Assembly (NCBI GenBank): GCA_024277275.1
Contig: JAJRVO010000336.1
Coordinates: 1-48,505 of the forward strand
Source: Chloroflexota bacterium
Lineage (GTDB): Bacteria; Chloroflexota; Anaerolineae; 4572-78; J111
DNA: 48,505 nt
Direction: 5' to 3'
Shown: in pieces, positions 8,454-19,211 of the stretch
Numbering within the stretch: position 1 is the first letter of the stretch
Layout of the letters: every line of letters starts with the position of its first letter
Program-made: the position numbers and the translations under genes
Notes under the pieces: generated by a model
Database searches by the model: none
What the model saw: only the letters and a program-made list of their open reading frames with translations
What the model was told of the DNA's origin: nothing

Positions 8454-9992
8454 TTACTGCGGGAAGCCTGCATCCTCAGCGGCCAAAACAAAGGCGGCTT
8501 GAGCGGCGGCTACATCGCGGTCAGAAGAAAACTGATTGACGATCTGGTAGAATTGCTGTTGCCAGGCAGGAATAGCGCCGGAGCCGTGAGCCACCATCGG
8601 GACGATGCGACTGGATGCAAAATCATCCGCAGCGCTCTGGAAGTAAGCGCGGCGATCTTCAGGGAAGACGCCGTAATCGCAGTCGGTGCGAGCGCAGATG
8701 GAGCCTTTATTCATATTAAAGTTTTCCTGGGCGTCTTTGCGGGTCATGATTCTGACAAATTCACGCGCATTTTCCGGGTTGGGGGCATCCTTGGGAATGG
8801 CAAAGCCGTCGGAAACCAGGAAGAACAGGTTCTGATTGCCGGGCGGGGAATTCCAGGTAACGTAATCCAAAGCTCCCTTGGCAATTATCTCACCATAAGC
8901 CCAGTCACCCATGATGTTGAAAGCGGCCTGGTCGTTGATGACCAGGTCGATACCGCCAACCCAGCCGGTGGAGCCGCGGTCTTCATTAGTGCAGTCCAAC
9001 ATCTTGCCGAAGTTTTCTAAGGCTTGGGCTACCACGGGGTCGGTCCAGGAAACGGAGCCGTTCCACAGGCCCTGATTTGTCTCAAAACCGGTGGTGCCGG
9101 CCAGGGCTACTTCAAAGGTGTGACCCAACTCAAAGCCGTCAGTAGTACCCATCCCTAACGGCACCACACCTTGAGCCTGTAGCGTCTCACAGGCAGCAAA
9201 GAACTCGTCAAAGGTTGCGGGCACGGCTACCCCGGCCTTTTCCAAGACCCGGGTGTTGGTCCACATCACGTTGCCGCGGTGGATATTCAGCGGCACGGTG
9301 TAGGTGTTGCCTCTGATTTTCAGCAGCGCTTTCAGGTCCTCGGGCATCACGTCCAACACGCCGGCTTCGGCCAGAATATCGTCGACCGGCCGCAGGTATG
9401 TTTCGGGCGTGTAAAGCTCGGCTTCCAGACCGGCGTGCAGTTGGAAGGTATCATAAGGATCACCCGCGATCAGCTTGGTCAGGTTCGCGCCCTGAAAGTT
9501 CACCCCAGCGCCGCCGGCGATACCGGCGTGGATCAACTCGACATCGGGATTCTCTGCGCGATAAATCTTGTAAACCTCATTCACCCCGGCAAACTCACCA
9601 CCGGAGGTCCACCAGTTACCCACCAGCAACTGGCCTTTGGCCCCACTGGCAAACAGAACACTGACGTCGCCTGCCGTCGGGTCGAAGTCGGCCATAAAGG
9701 CCACTGCCTCGTCATTGGGGGGGATGCTCAGTTTGGCCCCCACCTCGATGGCGTCGGGGTTTTCAATTTTGGCGTATGAGGCGTCCTCGGCGTTGGCCTT
9801 GTTGGTGGCCGCCATGATGGCCCAGTAAGCGTTTGAGTCGCCGTAAAACTTGTCGGCCAGTTTCGACAGCCAGTCATCGGCCTGGACGGTGTAATCCTCG
9901 CCCTGAGCCGCCGGCGCTGCCACAACCATAGATGCCGGCAAAACCATTGCCAGCAGAGCAATTAAAACTGCAATACTTAGAAACCTTTTCAT
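8454..9992 (-). CDS. Extracellular solute-binding protein (family 1, sugar ABC) with an N-terminal LysM domain
   Basis: 512 aa. It has a signal/anchor MKRFLSIAVLIALLAMVL. A LysM-like segment follows: YTVQADDWLSKLADKFYGDSNAYWAIMAATN...IEVGAKLSIP. The remainder is an SBP-like body. An AAGGAGGAG RBS is present. Confidence 0.75.
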   Translation of the reverse strand: MKRFLSIAVLIALLAMVLPASMVVAAPAAQGEDYTVQADDWLSKLADKFYGDSNAYWAIMAATNKANAEDASYAKIENPDAIEVGAKLSIPPNDEAVAFMADFDPTAGDVSVLFASGAKGQLLVGNWWTSGGEFAGVNEVYKIYRAENPDVELIHAGIAGGAGVNFQGANLTKLIAGDPYDTFQLHAGLEAELYTPETYLRPVDDILAEAGVLDVMPEDLKALLKIRGNTYTVPLNIHRGNVMWTNTRVLEKAGVAVPATFDEFFAACETLQAQGVVPLGMGTTDGFELGHTFEVALAGTTGFETNQGLWNGSVSWTDPVVAQALENFGKMLDCTNEDRGSTGWVGGIDLVINDQAAFNIMGDWAYGEIIAKGALDYVTWNSPPGNQNLFFLVSDGFAIPKDAPNPENAREFVRIMTRKDAQENFNMNKGSICARTDCDYGVFPEDRRAYFQSAADDFASSRIVPMVAHGSGAIPAWQQQFYQIVNQFSSDRDVAAAQAAFVLAAEDAGFPQ

Positions 9993-10237
9993 TGTGAAAA
10001 GCTCCTCCTTAGAATTTGTGTGTAATAGATGTGGAAATCACTTTACAAAGATGTTACAATCATTGCTCAATAACTTGAGCGCCTTCTACAATAATTATCA
10101 CCCCGTATAATCTGACCTCCTTTCAAACAAAATGCTTGAAGCCGCGCCATTGCAGCATATTTGCCTAACATAACCGTTGGGATTATGAAAAACTAACAAG
10201 ATTTTATCACGAACAGTAAAAACCGTCAATAAGCCTG

Positions 10238-12943
10238 CTACTCATGCTGTATAGCCTCCACAATCCTGACCCGGCTGGCCTTCCAGGCCGGGTACAGAGC
10301 CGCCCCCTGCGAGACCAGCAGGGCGATAACCACGCTAATTGCCAGCGTTTCCGGCGGAAAGTGGTATTGCAAACTATACCCGGCAATGCCTTCGATGCCC
10401 AGCAAAAAGATACGCGACAGGGCCAGCCCAAAAGCAATTCCAAAGATGCCGCCGATAAACCCCATTGTGCCGCTTTCGGCCAGAATCATACGGGCTATTT
10501 GCAGCCGGGTCATGCCCAAACTGCGCAGGCCGCCTACTTCCCGTTGTCGCTCAAAAACGTTCATCATCAAGGTGTTAATGACTCCCAGGGCGGCAATAAT
10601 CACCCCAATCATACCCAACACGTCAAACAAGGCAAATGCCTGGCCTGTAACTTCGTTAATGCGTTGTCGAAAATCTTGGGTAGTTTCAACTACAATGTGG
10701 TGGGTTTTACCGTGTCGCTCTTCCAGCAATTCTCCCGTGGCCGGAATGTCGACGCCCTCCTCTAATTTTAGAATGTATTGGTCCACCTTGCGGCGGCCAA
10801 AAAAACGCTCTACGTCGGCCCGGCTGCCGTTAATAGTAAAACCCTGGCTAGAGAAGTCGACCACCACCGCCACAATTTCAAACGGCTGATGCCCACGCCG
10901 GGTTTCAAGGGTGATGGTATCGCCTACGCCAAGGTCATAGCGGTCGGCAATGTTGGTGCTTATGATGACCGCGCCGCCCTGGGCTATGCGGGCCAACACT
11001 GCCGCCTCGTCGGTAGCAGAGTCCTCAAAAACATAGCTGCCTACCAGGGGGTGGGCTGCCGGGTCTATGCCGACCCATAAAATTCGGTCAAACTTGTCTG
11101 GGTCGCCATCCGGCGGCACGTAACGGGTGCGGTAGTACGTAACCGGGCTAACGGCGGCAACCGCCTCTTCAGCCAGCAAGCGCGTGCCAAATTCCTCTCT
11201 CATCGGTTGCGGCGAGCGCACGTACAAGTCTCCCCCCAGCGCGGTCACTACCCAGTGGTTAAGGTCGGTTTCAAAGCTGCGGGTCATAGTTTGGATACCA
11301 ATAATCATCGCAATGCCAATCATCAGGGCGGCCACCGTTAGCGATGTGCGCGCTCTGGCCCGACGCACGTTGCCGGCGCCCAGGCGTCCCTCGCCTTTGT
11401 ATAAGTAGGCAATTATGGGCCGGATAATTTTTTCTAGCGGGTTTACGGTAATTGGCACAACCAGGGTGGCCCCCATCAACAAAACAAAAATGCTGACAAA
11501 GCCGACCGGAATTTTGAGTATTTCCGGTAGTGGGACCAGGTAGATGGCTATGTAAGCCAGCAAAATAAGCAGCATCCCCGCCAGCCAGCCCGATGCCCCC
11601 AGCAGCGGTTCGGGCGGCTTGGCCGTGACTCTCAGGGCTTCCAAGGGCGACACCCGGCTGGCCTTCATGGCCGGCAGTATCGCCGAAACCAGGGTTACGC
11701 CCATCCCCACGGCCAGCGCCCAGGCCAACCCATCCGTGGGGATACTGGTCGACACAACCTCGCTGCCGCTGATGGCCCGCATGCTGCGCATTAATCCCCG
11801 AGCCATTATTAGCCCAAAGCCAACCCCCAGCCCCGACCCAATTGAGCCAAGCAGCAGGGCCTCGGTTAGCACCAGCAGCCCAATTTGCCGCCGGTACATA
11901 CCCAGCGCGCGCAGCATCCCAATCTCGCGGGTGCGCTCAACCACGGTCATGGTGAAGGTGTTATAAATGAGAAAAGCCCCAACAAAGAGGGCCAGCGCGC
12001 TAAAAAAGCTGAGACCAAGCTGGTAATTTGCCAACTGCCGGGCCACTATATCGCCCCGCGAGGCGGGATAGAGTACCGAAAAGGCGCTGCCCAATTTAAC
12101 CTGCATCTCGCTTTTGGCTTTGTCCAAAGCGGCGGGATTTTCGGCAATGGAAGGCTCTAAAATAAGGTCAATCTGGTCGATATCGCTGCTCAACTCAAAC
12201 AGGCGTTGGGCGGTGTCAAGGGGAACAAAGGCCACGGCCCCCTCGTTTTGCAGGCCCGGTCCCTGTTTGGCAATCAGCCCCACAATCTCCAGCGACTCTT
12301 TAACGTTGTTGTTGGCAAATATCTCCAAATCGTCGCCAAGCTGGTAGCCTTCTTCTACGGCGTAATCTTTAACCAGCAAAGCTCTATAAGCTCGACGTTC
12401 TTTTACGGGCAGCCATTCTCCGGCGACCAGCTTGTAGTCGCGCACAAGCCGGTCAATATCGGGTTGGATGCCTATCACCAGCAGGTCGTTGGCCCCGGAG
12501 GTCCCGGCCACACTGACCGATATCCCCCACTCGTCAGCTTGTTTGGTAGTCAGCGTGGTTCGGTTTACGGAGGGGGCCGCCGCTATCACGCCCGGCGTTC
12601 GTTCTGCTTGTTTTAGCGTGGAAACCGCAAACGCTTCCGGCACGGCGCTGCTATCGGTGATGACCAAATGCGCCTTGCCGGAGGCCTCGTTAAATACTGT
12701 CCGCACGGAGTCAAGGGTGCTATCGTTGGTGACGTTGATAGCCAGCACTACGGCCACGCCCAACATAACGCCGCCCAACGTGAGCAATGTTCGCAACCTG
12801 CGCGTAGTCATATTGCGTAAGGCTAACTTGAAGATGGCTTGTCGCGCAATGAAGGCGGCTTTAATGGAGAAAGGCGGAGCTTGTTGGCTGTCGTCTATAG
12901 CCTGATGCGGAGAGATGGGGAGTTTTTGGGTTTCTGTGCTCAT
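10238..12943 (-). CDS. ABC transporter permease, FtsX/MacB type with duplicated FtsX domains
   Basis: 901 aa. Two modules each have a TM helix, a large extracytoplasmic domain and a 3-TM FtsX-like bundle (REIGMLRALGM... and REVGGLRSLGM...). Confidence 0.8.
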   Translation of the reverse strand: MSTETQKLPISPHQAIDDSQQAPPFSIKAAFIARQAIFKLALRNMTTRRLRTLLTLGGVMLGVAVVLAINVTNDSTLDSVRTVFNEASGKAHLVITDSSAVPEAFAVSTLKQAERTPGVIAAAPSVNRTTLTTKQADEWGISVSVAGTSGANDLLVIGIQPDIDRLVRDYKLVAGEWLPVKERRAYRALLVKDYAVEEGYQLGDDLEIFANNNVKESLEIVGLIAKQGPGLQNEGAVAFVPLDTAQRLFELSSDIDQIDLILEPSIAENPAALDKAKSEMQVKLGSAFSVLYPASRGDIVARQLANYQLGLSFFSALALFVGAFLIYNTFTMTVVERTREIGMLRALGMYRRQIGLLVLTEALLLGSIGSGLGVGFGLIMARGLMRSMRAISGSEVVSTSIPTDGLAWALAVGMGVTLVSAILPAMKASRVSPLEALRVTAKPPEPLLGASGWLAGMLLILLAYIAIYLVPLPEILKIPVGFVSIFVLLMGATLVVPITVNPLEKIIRPIIAYLYKGEGRLGAGNVRRARARTSLTVAALMIGIAMIIGIQTMTRSFETDLNHWVVTALGGDLYVRSPQPMREEFGTRLLAEEAVAAVSPVTYYRTRYVPPDGDPDKFDRILWVGIDPAAHPLVGSYVFEDSATDEAAVLARIAQGGAVIISTNIADRYDLGVGDTITLETRRGHQPFEIVAVVVDFSSQGFTINGSRADVERFFGRRKVDQYILKLEEGVDIPATGELLEERHGKTHHIVVETTQDFRQRINEVTGQAFALFDVLGMIGVIIAALGVINTLMMNVFERQREVGGLRSLGMTRLQIARMILAESGTMGFIGGIFGIAFGLALSRIFLLGIEGIAGYSLQYHFPPETLAISVVIALLVSQGAALYPAWKASRVRIVEAIQHE

Positions 12944-13089
12944 CTGTTTTGAAGGTTGCTTAACGATTTATTGATGATTGTGAAGTATAGCCCAAAGATA
13001 TGAAGCGGCGATTAAAATTATTGATAATCCAAGTTGCTACCTGGTCCGACAAAAGTCGAAAAAATCAACCTTTCTGAGCCAAAGATATC

Positions 13090-13160
13090 GGAAGTAGGGA
13101 GTAGGCAGTAAGAAGTAAGGGTTTTTCTCCCTACTCCCTACTCCTTACTGCATACTCCCC
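13090..13160. repeat. Heptamer-periodic palindrome, (GGAGTAG-like)n
   Basis: ggaagtagggagtaggcagtaagaagtaaggg tttttct ccctactccctactccttactgcatactcccc. Confidence 0.9.
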
Positions 13161-16100
13161 GATTTGGATATATAGGTGGCAACTTGAGCTAGCTAATACT
13201 TCTCGGTTAAAATCGCAATGCCCTCCCAGTCTGGGGGGACGCCGTACTCAATAAAGTTCTCTACTCGACGTAGATATAGTTGCGACGCTTTATCTTCTGG
13301 ATTAACGGTTAAGGCTTTTTGGAAATACTCTTTTGCCTGGGCAAATTCCTGGCTGTGGTAGTGAAGAAGCCCTCGTTCAAAATCGGTTTGGGTCTGGAGC
13401 TTAAGTTCCCTGATTTCTTCCGGCTCGCCATCCAGAATTTCAAAAACTGACACTGCTTCCTCTTTGCCTTTTACTTTTACTTTGTCAAGAAAGCGGAAAT
13501 TATAACTTATCGGATTATTAAGGCTGAACATCATTTCTCCGCTGACAATAATGGATGACCCGTAAACTTTGGTTAACCCTTCCAGCCGGGCCGCCAGGTT
13601 GACAGCGTCTGATATTACCGTGCCTTCCATCCTTTCCGCTTCGCCAATAGTGCCTAACATAACCCGGCCTGTATGTAACCCTACGCCAATTGTAATGGGC
13701 TGATATCCGGAGTTAATCCGGTCAACATTGTAAATGGCTACGGCTTGCTGCATGGCAATGGCCGTTTTAATTGCGTCGTTGGTTTGACCGGGAAACAGGG
13801 CCATAATGGCATCGCCCATGTACTTGTCGATAAAGCCGTTATTGTCTCGAATAATGGGGCTGACCCGTCTAAGGTATGAGTTGATAAAGTTGAAGTTTTC
13901 TTGCGGGGTCATCTGTTAGGACAAGTTGGTAAAAGAGCGGATGTCGGAAAAAAGAACCGTCATCTCTTGCTGTATTTGGTCGCCTAATTTAACCTGCATA
14001 ATGCTGTCTTTGTTGAGCAGGTTCAGAATTTCGGGGGGCACAAAACGGCTGTAGGCTTTGGTCAACTCTACTTGATGGGCATAGAAACGGGCGTTCTCAA
14101 TAGAAATAGCGGCTTGAGAAGATAACAGGTTCAGCACTTCCAAGCGGTCGGGGGTAAAAGCCCCGGTGGTGAGGTTGTTTTCCAGGTAGAGGATGCCAAT
14201 GAGTTTGCCCTGGTTTAGCAGCGATATACACAATACCGATTTGGGTTGGGCAGCCACAACATACCTGTCGTGAGTAAATTGACCCTCGTGGGTCGCGTCG
14301 TTTAAAACCACGTTTTGCCGGCTGTGAATGACGTAATTAATAACGGCTCCCGGCAATATGGGCCTTCGCCCGTAGGCCGCCACCGTAAGCGGGATGGCTT
14401 GCAGGACAGTGACGTCATCCTTGCTGGCAGCCCCCGAGGCCTCAATTGACCAGGCTTCGCTTTCCTCCAGGAGCAAATACCCTATTTGCGCTCCTGCATT
14501 TTCAATAACAATTTCCATCATCTTTGATAGTAAGGTATTCAACACAATCTCGCTAGAGATAATCTGCGAGGCTTTGATGACGCTGGTTAAATCCAGGGCG
14601 CTTAGAGCGCCCGATGTGCTGTGAATGGTGGGCGTAAGGGGTATTGTGGATTTGGCCTCGAGACGCCGTGGCCGGATTTTGGCAAATAACTCCGGGTAAT
14701 GTGTCTCTAATTGCTTGATTTTACCGGAGGCTCCCCAACGCAAGTAAGCATAGTGAGCCTTATGCAGGTAAACGTGGGCTATCTCTGCTTGCCCTTTAGT
14801 TAGATAAAATCTTCCCGCCAGTTCGTAGGCCAGGGCTTCTTCATTTAAATATTGGTTTTCTTGAGCCAGAGCAATGGCCTGATCATAATATTCTCTGGCC
14901 GCCCCATCGGCGCCCAGAGCGCGGGCGTATTCGGCTTCTACCAGATAGAATTTGTGCAGGTGATTTACAGGGGCATGGTTGGCCCATTCCTTTAGCTTTT
15001 GCTGATTAGCGGTTACTTTGTCCAGTATAGGCTCTTGCTCAATTTGTTTCTCTTCAGGGGACTCTATGAGCAAAGCCAGATGAGCCAACGAGTCGTAAAA
15101 ATGGAAAACAGGCACAGATAGCATCGCGGTTACATCGTCCAAATGCTTTGCCGCTGCGGTTGCGTTTTTAACCGCTTGCGGGTATTCCTGAAACAGGTAA
15201 CAGAGGATAAGCCGGTTGAAATGTATGTCGAAAGCTATGTTGTTAGTTGTCTCATCAACCTGCAACGAATCGGGTTTTTCCTCATCGTGTAGGTTATTGC
15301 CTAAGCGGTACGGATGTTCAGTGTCCTCCATTAAATTTAAGACAACCTGCCGATAGATTTCATTGATTCGCAGGACTCGTTCTTGTTTAAGCTGTTTAAT
15401 CGACTCGCTGTGCAAGGCCATCTCCGGGGCAAGCTCGACCAGTTCCCGACCGGCCAGATAGGAATGAAGGCCATAGACAAAGATAGAACGAGCGGCATAT
15501 TCCAGGTCGCCGGTTTCCAGGGCGCTGCGGTATGCTTCTAACAGCGGGCTTAAGCTTGCTCTTACGGGTTTCTTCCAGTGGCTAACAAAGGTGTTGAGGC
15601 CAAACAGCATCTTGGCTTTAAGTTGTTGGGCATTTAACTGTTTTAGCAGCCTTAAAGCCGTTTGCCCAAATTGATGGCCGGCATCAATGTCGCCAATGCG
15701 CCCGCAGAGAATTAAACCATAAGTGACATACGCCAGGGTAGACTCGGGCGCATTGCCGTATTTTACTGAGAAGGCAACCATTTTAAATACAATTAGCGGT
15801 AACAGTCCGGGAATACCAAAAGAGGCCGCCGAGGAGACAATCGACAGGATTCGCATTGCGGCTAATCTGTAAGGGTCTGTCATTTCCGGCAGGGCTACTA
15901 AATCCTCCGGCTGTCTTCCGGCCAAAGCCAACTCTATTTCTTGTAGAGCCAGAGCAATATTCTCTTGACTCGGCTCCCGTGGAAAGCGTACCGCTAACAT
16001 TCTTAGTACGGGTAAGGCTGTGTCTATCACGTCTTGTAATTGATCCTGGGCAATGTAAGCCAGCATTTTTACTTCATAGACCTTTACTTTGTCCAGCAAG

Positions 16101-17637
16101 GTCTTGGCTTGTTGCAGCACAATTTCTGCAAAGCGCTCCATTTGCTCAAAGTCGGCGCATAGATAGGCTGTTTCCATTGCTTCTATATATAACAGCAACG
16201 ACAGGTTATATTGTCGCTCCCAACTGCCTGCTTCTTCACTGCCCTTGATGAGGGGGGATTGTGAGAGGTTTAAAAGTTCAATGCCGATATTCAGGTAATT
16301 TAATGCGGGTTGGTATGCCGCCGATGCTTTAGCTCTTTGACCCGCCAGCAGATTTAATTCTGCCAGTTCGTCCCATTCTGATTGCTCAACGCATATTACC
16401 CGGCCTAGATTTAGCTGGTTGACCAGATCAAATATTCGGTTTGCCCGCTTGTCTGGTAGCGTATGCCGTAGCAGCAGTTGCCCCACCTGCCAGTGGACAA
16501 TCTGTTTGTCTGTGTCGGAAATAAGCGAGTAAATGGCTTGCTGAACCCGGTCGTGGGCAAACTTGTATTCTGCCATAACCACGCTTTGATCATCTAATTC
16601 CGGGAATGGGTACGTTCTGTTTAAAGGCAGGATTAAGCATTCTGTGGTTGCCTCCCACAAATCAGCGGCTACATTTGCCGGGGGCTTTTGTGAGACAACT
16701 GCCAGAGTCTCTAAATCAAATTGATGGCCGATACAAGCGGCCAGTTTTAATGCTTCTTGGGCGTCTGGCGGTAACTTTTGCACTTTGGCGGCCATCAACT
16801 CAACCACATTATCTGTAATTTCCCGGGTTTGAATTTGCGCCAAATCCCATTGCCAGCTTCCGCGCTGATAGTCAAAGCTAATGAGCTTCTCAACATAGAG
16901 CGATTTCAAAAACTCGCCTATAAAGAAGGGATTGCCCCCCGTTTTGTCCAGCACTAATTCTGCCAGGGGAGCGACCTGTTCCGGCTGGTCATGGAGTGTG
17001 TCGGCCACTAGCCGGCTAACGTGGGATAAGGTCAACGGTGATAATTCGATGTTCTTAATTATTGCGCCGGTCTTTTTGATATCATCCAGTGTTAACAGCA
17101 ACGGATGAAGCCCACTCACTTCGTTATCTCGATAGGCTCCTATTAAAAACAGGCAGATGTTGTCGGAAGCAGTGGTCATTAACCGCTCAATTAACTTCAG
17201 CGATGCTTCGTCTGCCCACTGTAAATCATCAAGAAAAATGACCAGGGGGTGTTTGGGCCGGGCAAAGACCTTGATGAAGTTTTGAAACGCTAAATTAAAA
17301 CGATTTTGGGCCTCTACCGGCCTTAATTCGGGCGCTGGGGGTTGTGGGCCGATGATTAATTCAATTTCGGGAATGACCTCAAGAATTACCTGCCCATTTG
17401 GTCCAAGTGCGGCCAGTAGTTTTTGTTGCCAGGCGGCAATTTGGGTTTCGTTTTCGGTTAACAATTGCTGCGCCAGCGAGTGAAAGGCCTGAATAAGCGA
17501 AACATAAGGAACATTGCGCTGAAACTGGTCAAACTTGCCGGAGATAAAATAGCCGCCTTGACGGGCTACTTGCTTGTGCAATTCGTGAACCAGGGCCGAT
17601 TTGCCAATGCCTACGTATCCGGTTACCAAAGCCATGT

Positions 17638-17711
17638 CGATTTTCGATTTTCGATTTTCGATTTTGGATTGAGAGGAAACTTCCCTCCCTTTGGGGGGGA
17701 TTGAGGGGGGG
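17638..17711. repeat. (CGATTTT)x4 heptamer run plus a G-rich GATTGAG(A/G)GG repeat, inside the kinase/STAND CDS
   Basis: cgattttcgattttcgattttcgattttggattgagagg...gggggggattgaggggggg, translated as PPSIPPKGREVSSQSKIENRKSKID. Confidence 0.85.
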
Positions 17712-18250
17712 CTAATTTGCTCAAAAGCTGTTGACAAGATTTCAAGCTCTTGCTCTCGTCCGTACAACTTTTGCGGAATTTGTAACCTGTCAGAGATATC
17801 TTGTTGACCTAGTGGAAAAAGGTCGACTCGTTCCAGGGTTTGCCATTGCTGTAAACACGCTTCTAAATCTGCTTTTAGTCCATACGCCGATTGGTAACGC
17901 TCTTCTGCATTTTTGGACATCAGCTTCATTACTATGTCCGAGAGGGCGGGGGGCAGGGCGGGTTTGACCTTATGTGGCGATGTGGGCTGTTTGGCGATGT
18001 GGCTGTGTACCAGTTCCAGCGGGTCGTTGCTTTCAAACGGCAGTTGTCCGGTTAGTAGTTCATAAAAGGTCACGCCCAGCGAATAAAAATCTGCCCGATA
18101 ATCCACCGCCCGGTTCATTCGTCCGGTTTGCTCCGGTGAAATGTAGGCCAGCGTGCCTTTCAATACGCTTGGAGTATGCAGGGTTGGATTCTCGTGCGAG
18201 AATACCGTGGAAATGCCGAAGTCAATGATTTTGACCGGCCACTGCTGATT

Positions 18251-18329
18251 TACGATTTTAGATTTATGATTTGCGATTTCTGATGGTTGGTCCAAACCGG
18301 AAATCGTAAATCCAAAATCTGAAATCGTG
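18251..18329. repeat. Heptamer-periodic palindrome (NNGATTT)x4 / loop / (AAATCNN)x4, inside the kinase catalytic domain CDS
   Basis: tacgattttagatttatgatttgcgatttc ... ggaaatcgtaaatccaaaatctgaaatcgtg, translated in frame as DTISDFGFTISGLDQPSEIANHKSKIV. Confidence 0.9.
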
Positions 18330-19211
18330 TCTGGGGGAATAATTACAATATTTGACGGGTTAAGGTCTTGGTGGATAACGTATCGCTGATGAATTTGCCC
18401 CACAATTTCTGTGACTCTGATGGTCAGGGATAAAAAATCAGCCAGGTTCAATTTGCCGGCTAATCCTAACTGCGCCAGAGATTTTCCGCCAAAATCCTCC
18501 AGCACTATCACCCACCGCTGCTGGTTTTTTTCTAAAGCTAAAGCTTTAACCACGCCTTCCAGGTCTAAGCTGCGGATGATTTCGTACTCGGTTTTAAGCC
18601 GGGCAATCTGCTCTGGCGAGGGGTAGGTCGCTTTTAAGGTTTTTAAAATAACCGGCTGGTTATCCGCCCGCTGGCGCCCGCGATAGATCAACGAGTTAGC
18701 GCTTTCGTGGATTAGATCGCCAAACTGATAACCTGAGGTTGTGATCATTGTTGCTCTGCTCATTGCTCACTCTAAAAAGACAAACCTTGCTCCTGGTGTA
18801 TAACAATTCCAAACAAAACCCAGACCTGATAGATTTTTGACATAATCTTAGCAAGTTGCTGTATTGCTATTGTAAATTGTGTTGAAATGGCCGGTTTTTT
18901 GGAAACCTGTCAGGTCTCATAGCCATGTTTGGAATTGTTGCCTATTGTATCACAAAAATCGACCAAAGACATTTTGGATAGCGCTAAACAAGCAGTGAGG
19001 GGTTCGGTGTCAGAAAATGAGTCTTTAACCAAAATAAAAACCCCGCCAATGCGGAGCTTTTGAATGAGAATAATGTAGCGTTTTAGGCTTTTACATCGAT
19101 AAAAAATTATCGAGCAAAGGTGCAGGGTGGTAAAGCTGCAAATTACAGAACCTGCTACCCTGCAACCTTGCCACCTTGTTTTCCAAGCGAAGTCTTGGAA
19201 AAATTGGATTC

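Larger units (their letters stand above)
13193..18763 (-). pseudogene. Giant multidomain signalling gene: Ser/Thr-kinase-like domain, P-loop STAND/AAA ATPase, TPR-like region, GAF, class III adenylate/guanylate cyclase; interrupted by an in-frame TAA at 13918-13916
   Basis: The 1615 aa ORF ends ...MTVLFSDIRSFTNLS then TAA. One codon later, in the same frame, the 239 aa ORF continues MTPQENFNFINSYL...IDKYMGDAIMALF, which is the rest of the same cyclase domain. The kinase motifs VILK, HQDLNPSN, DFG and SPEQ and the P-loop GYVGIGKSALV are present. Confidence 0.8.
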
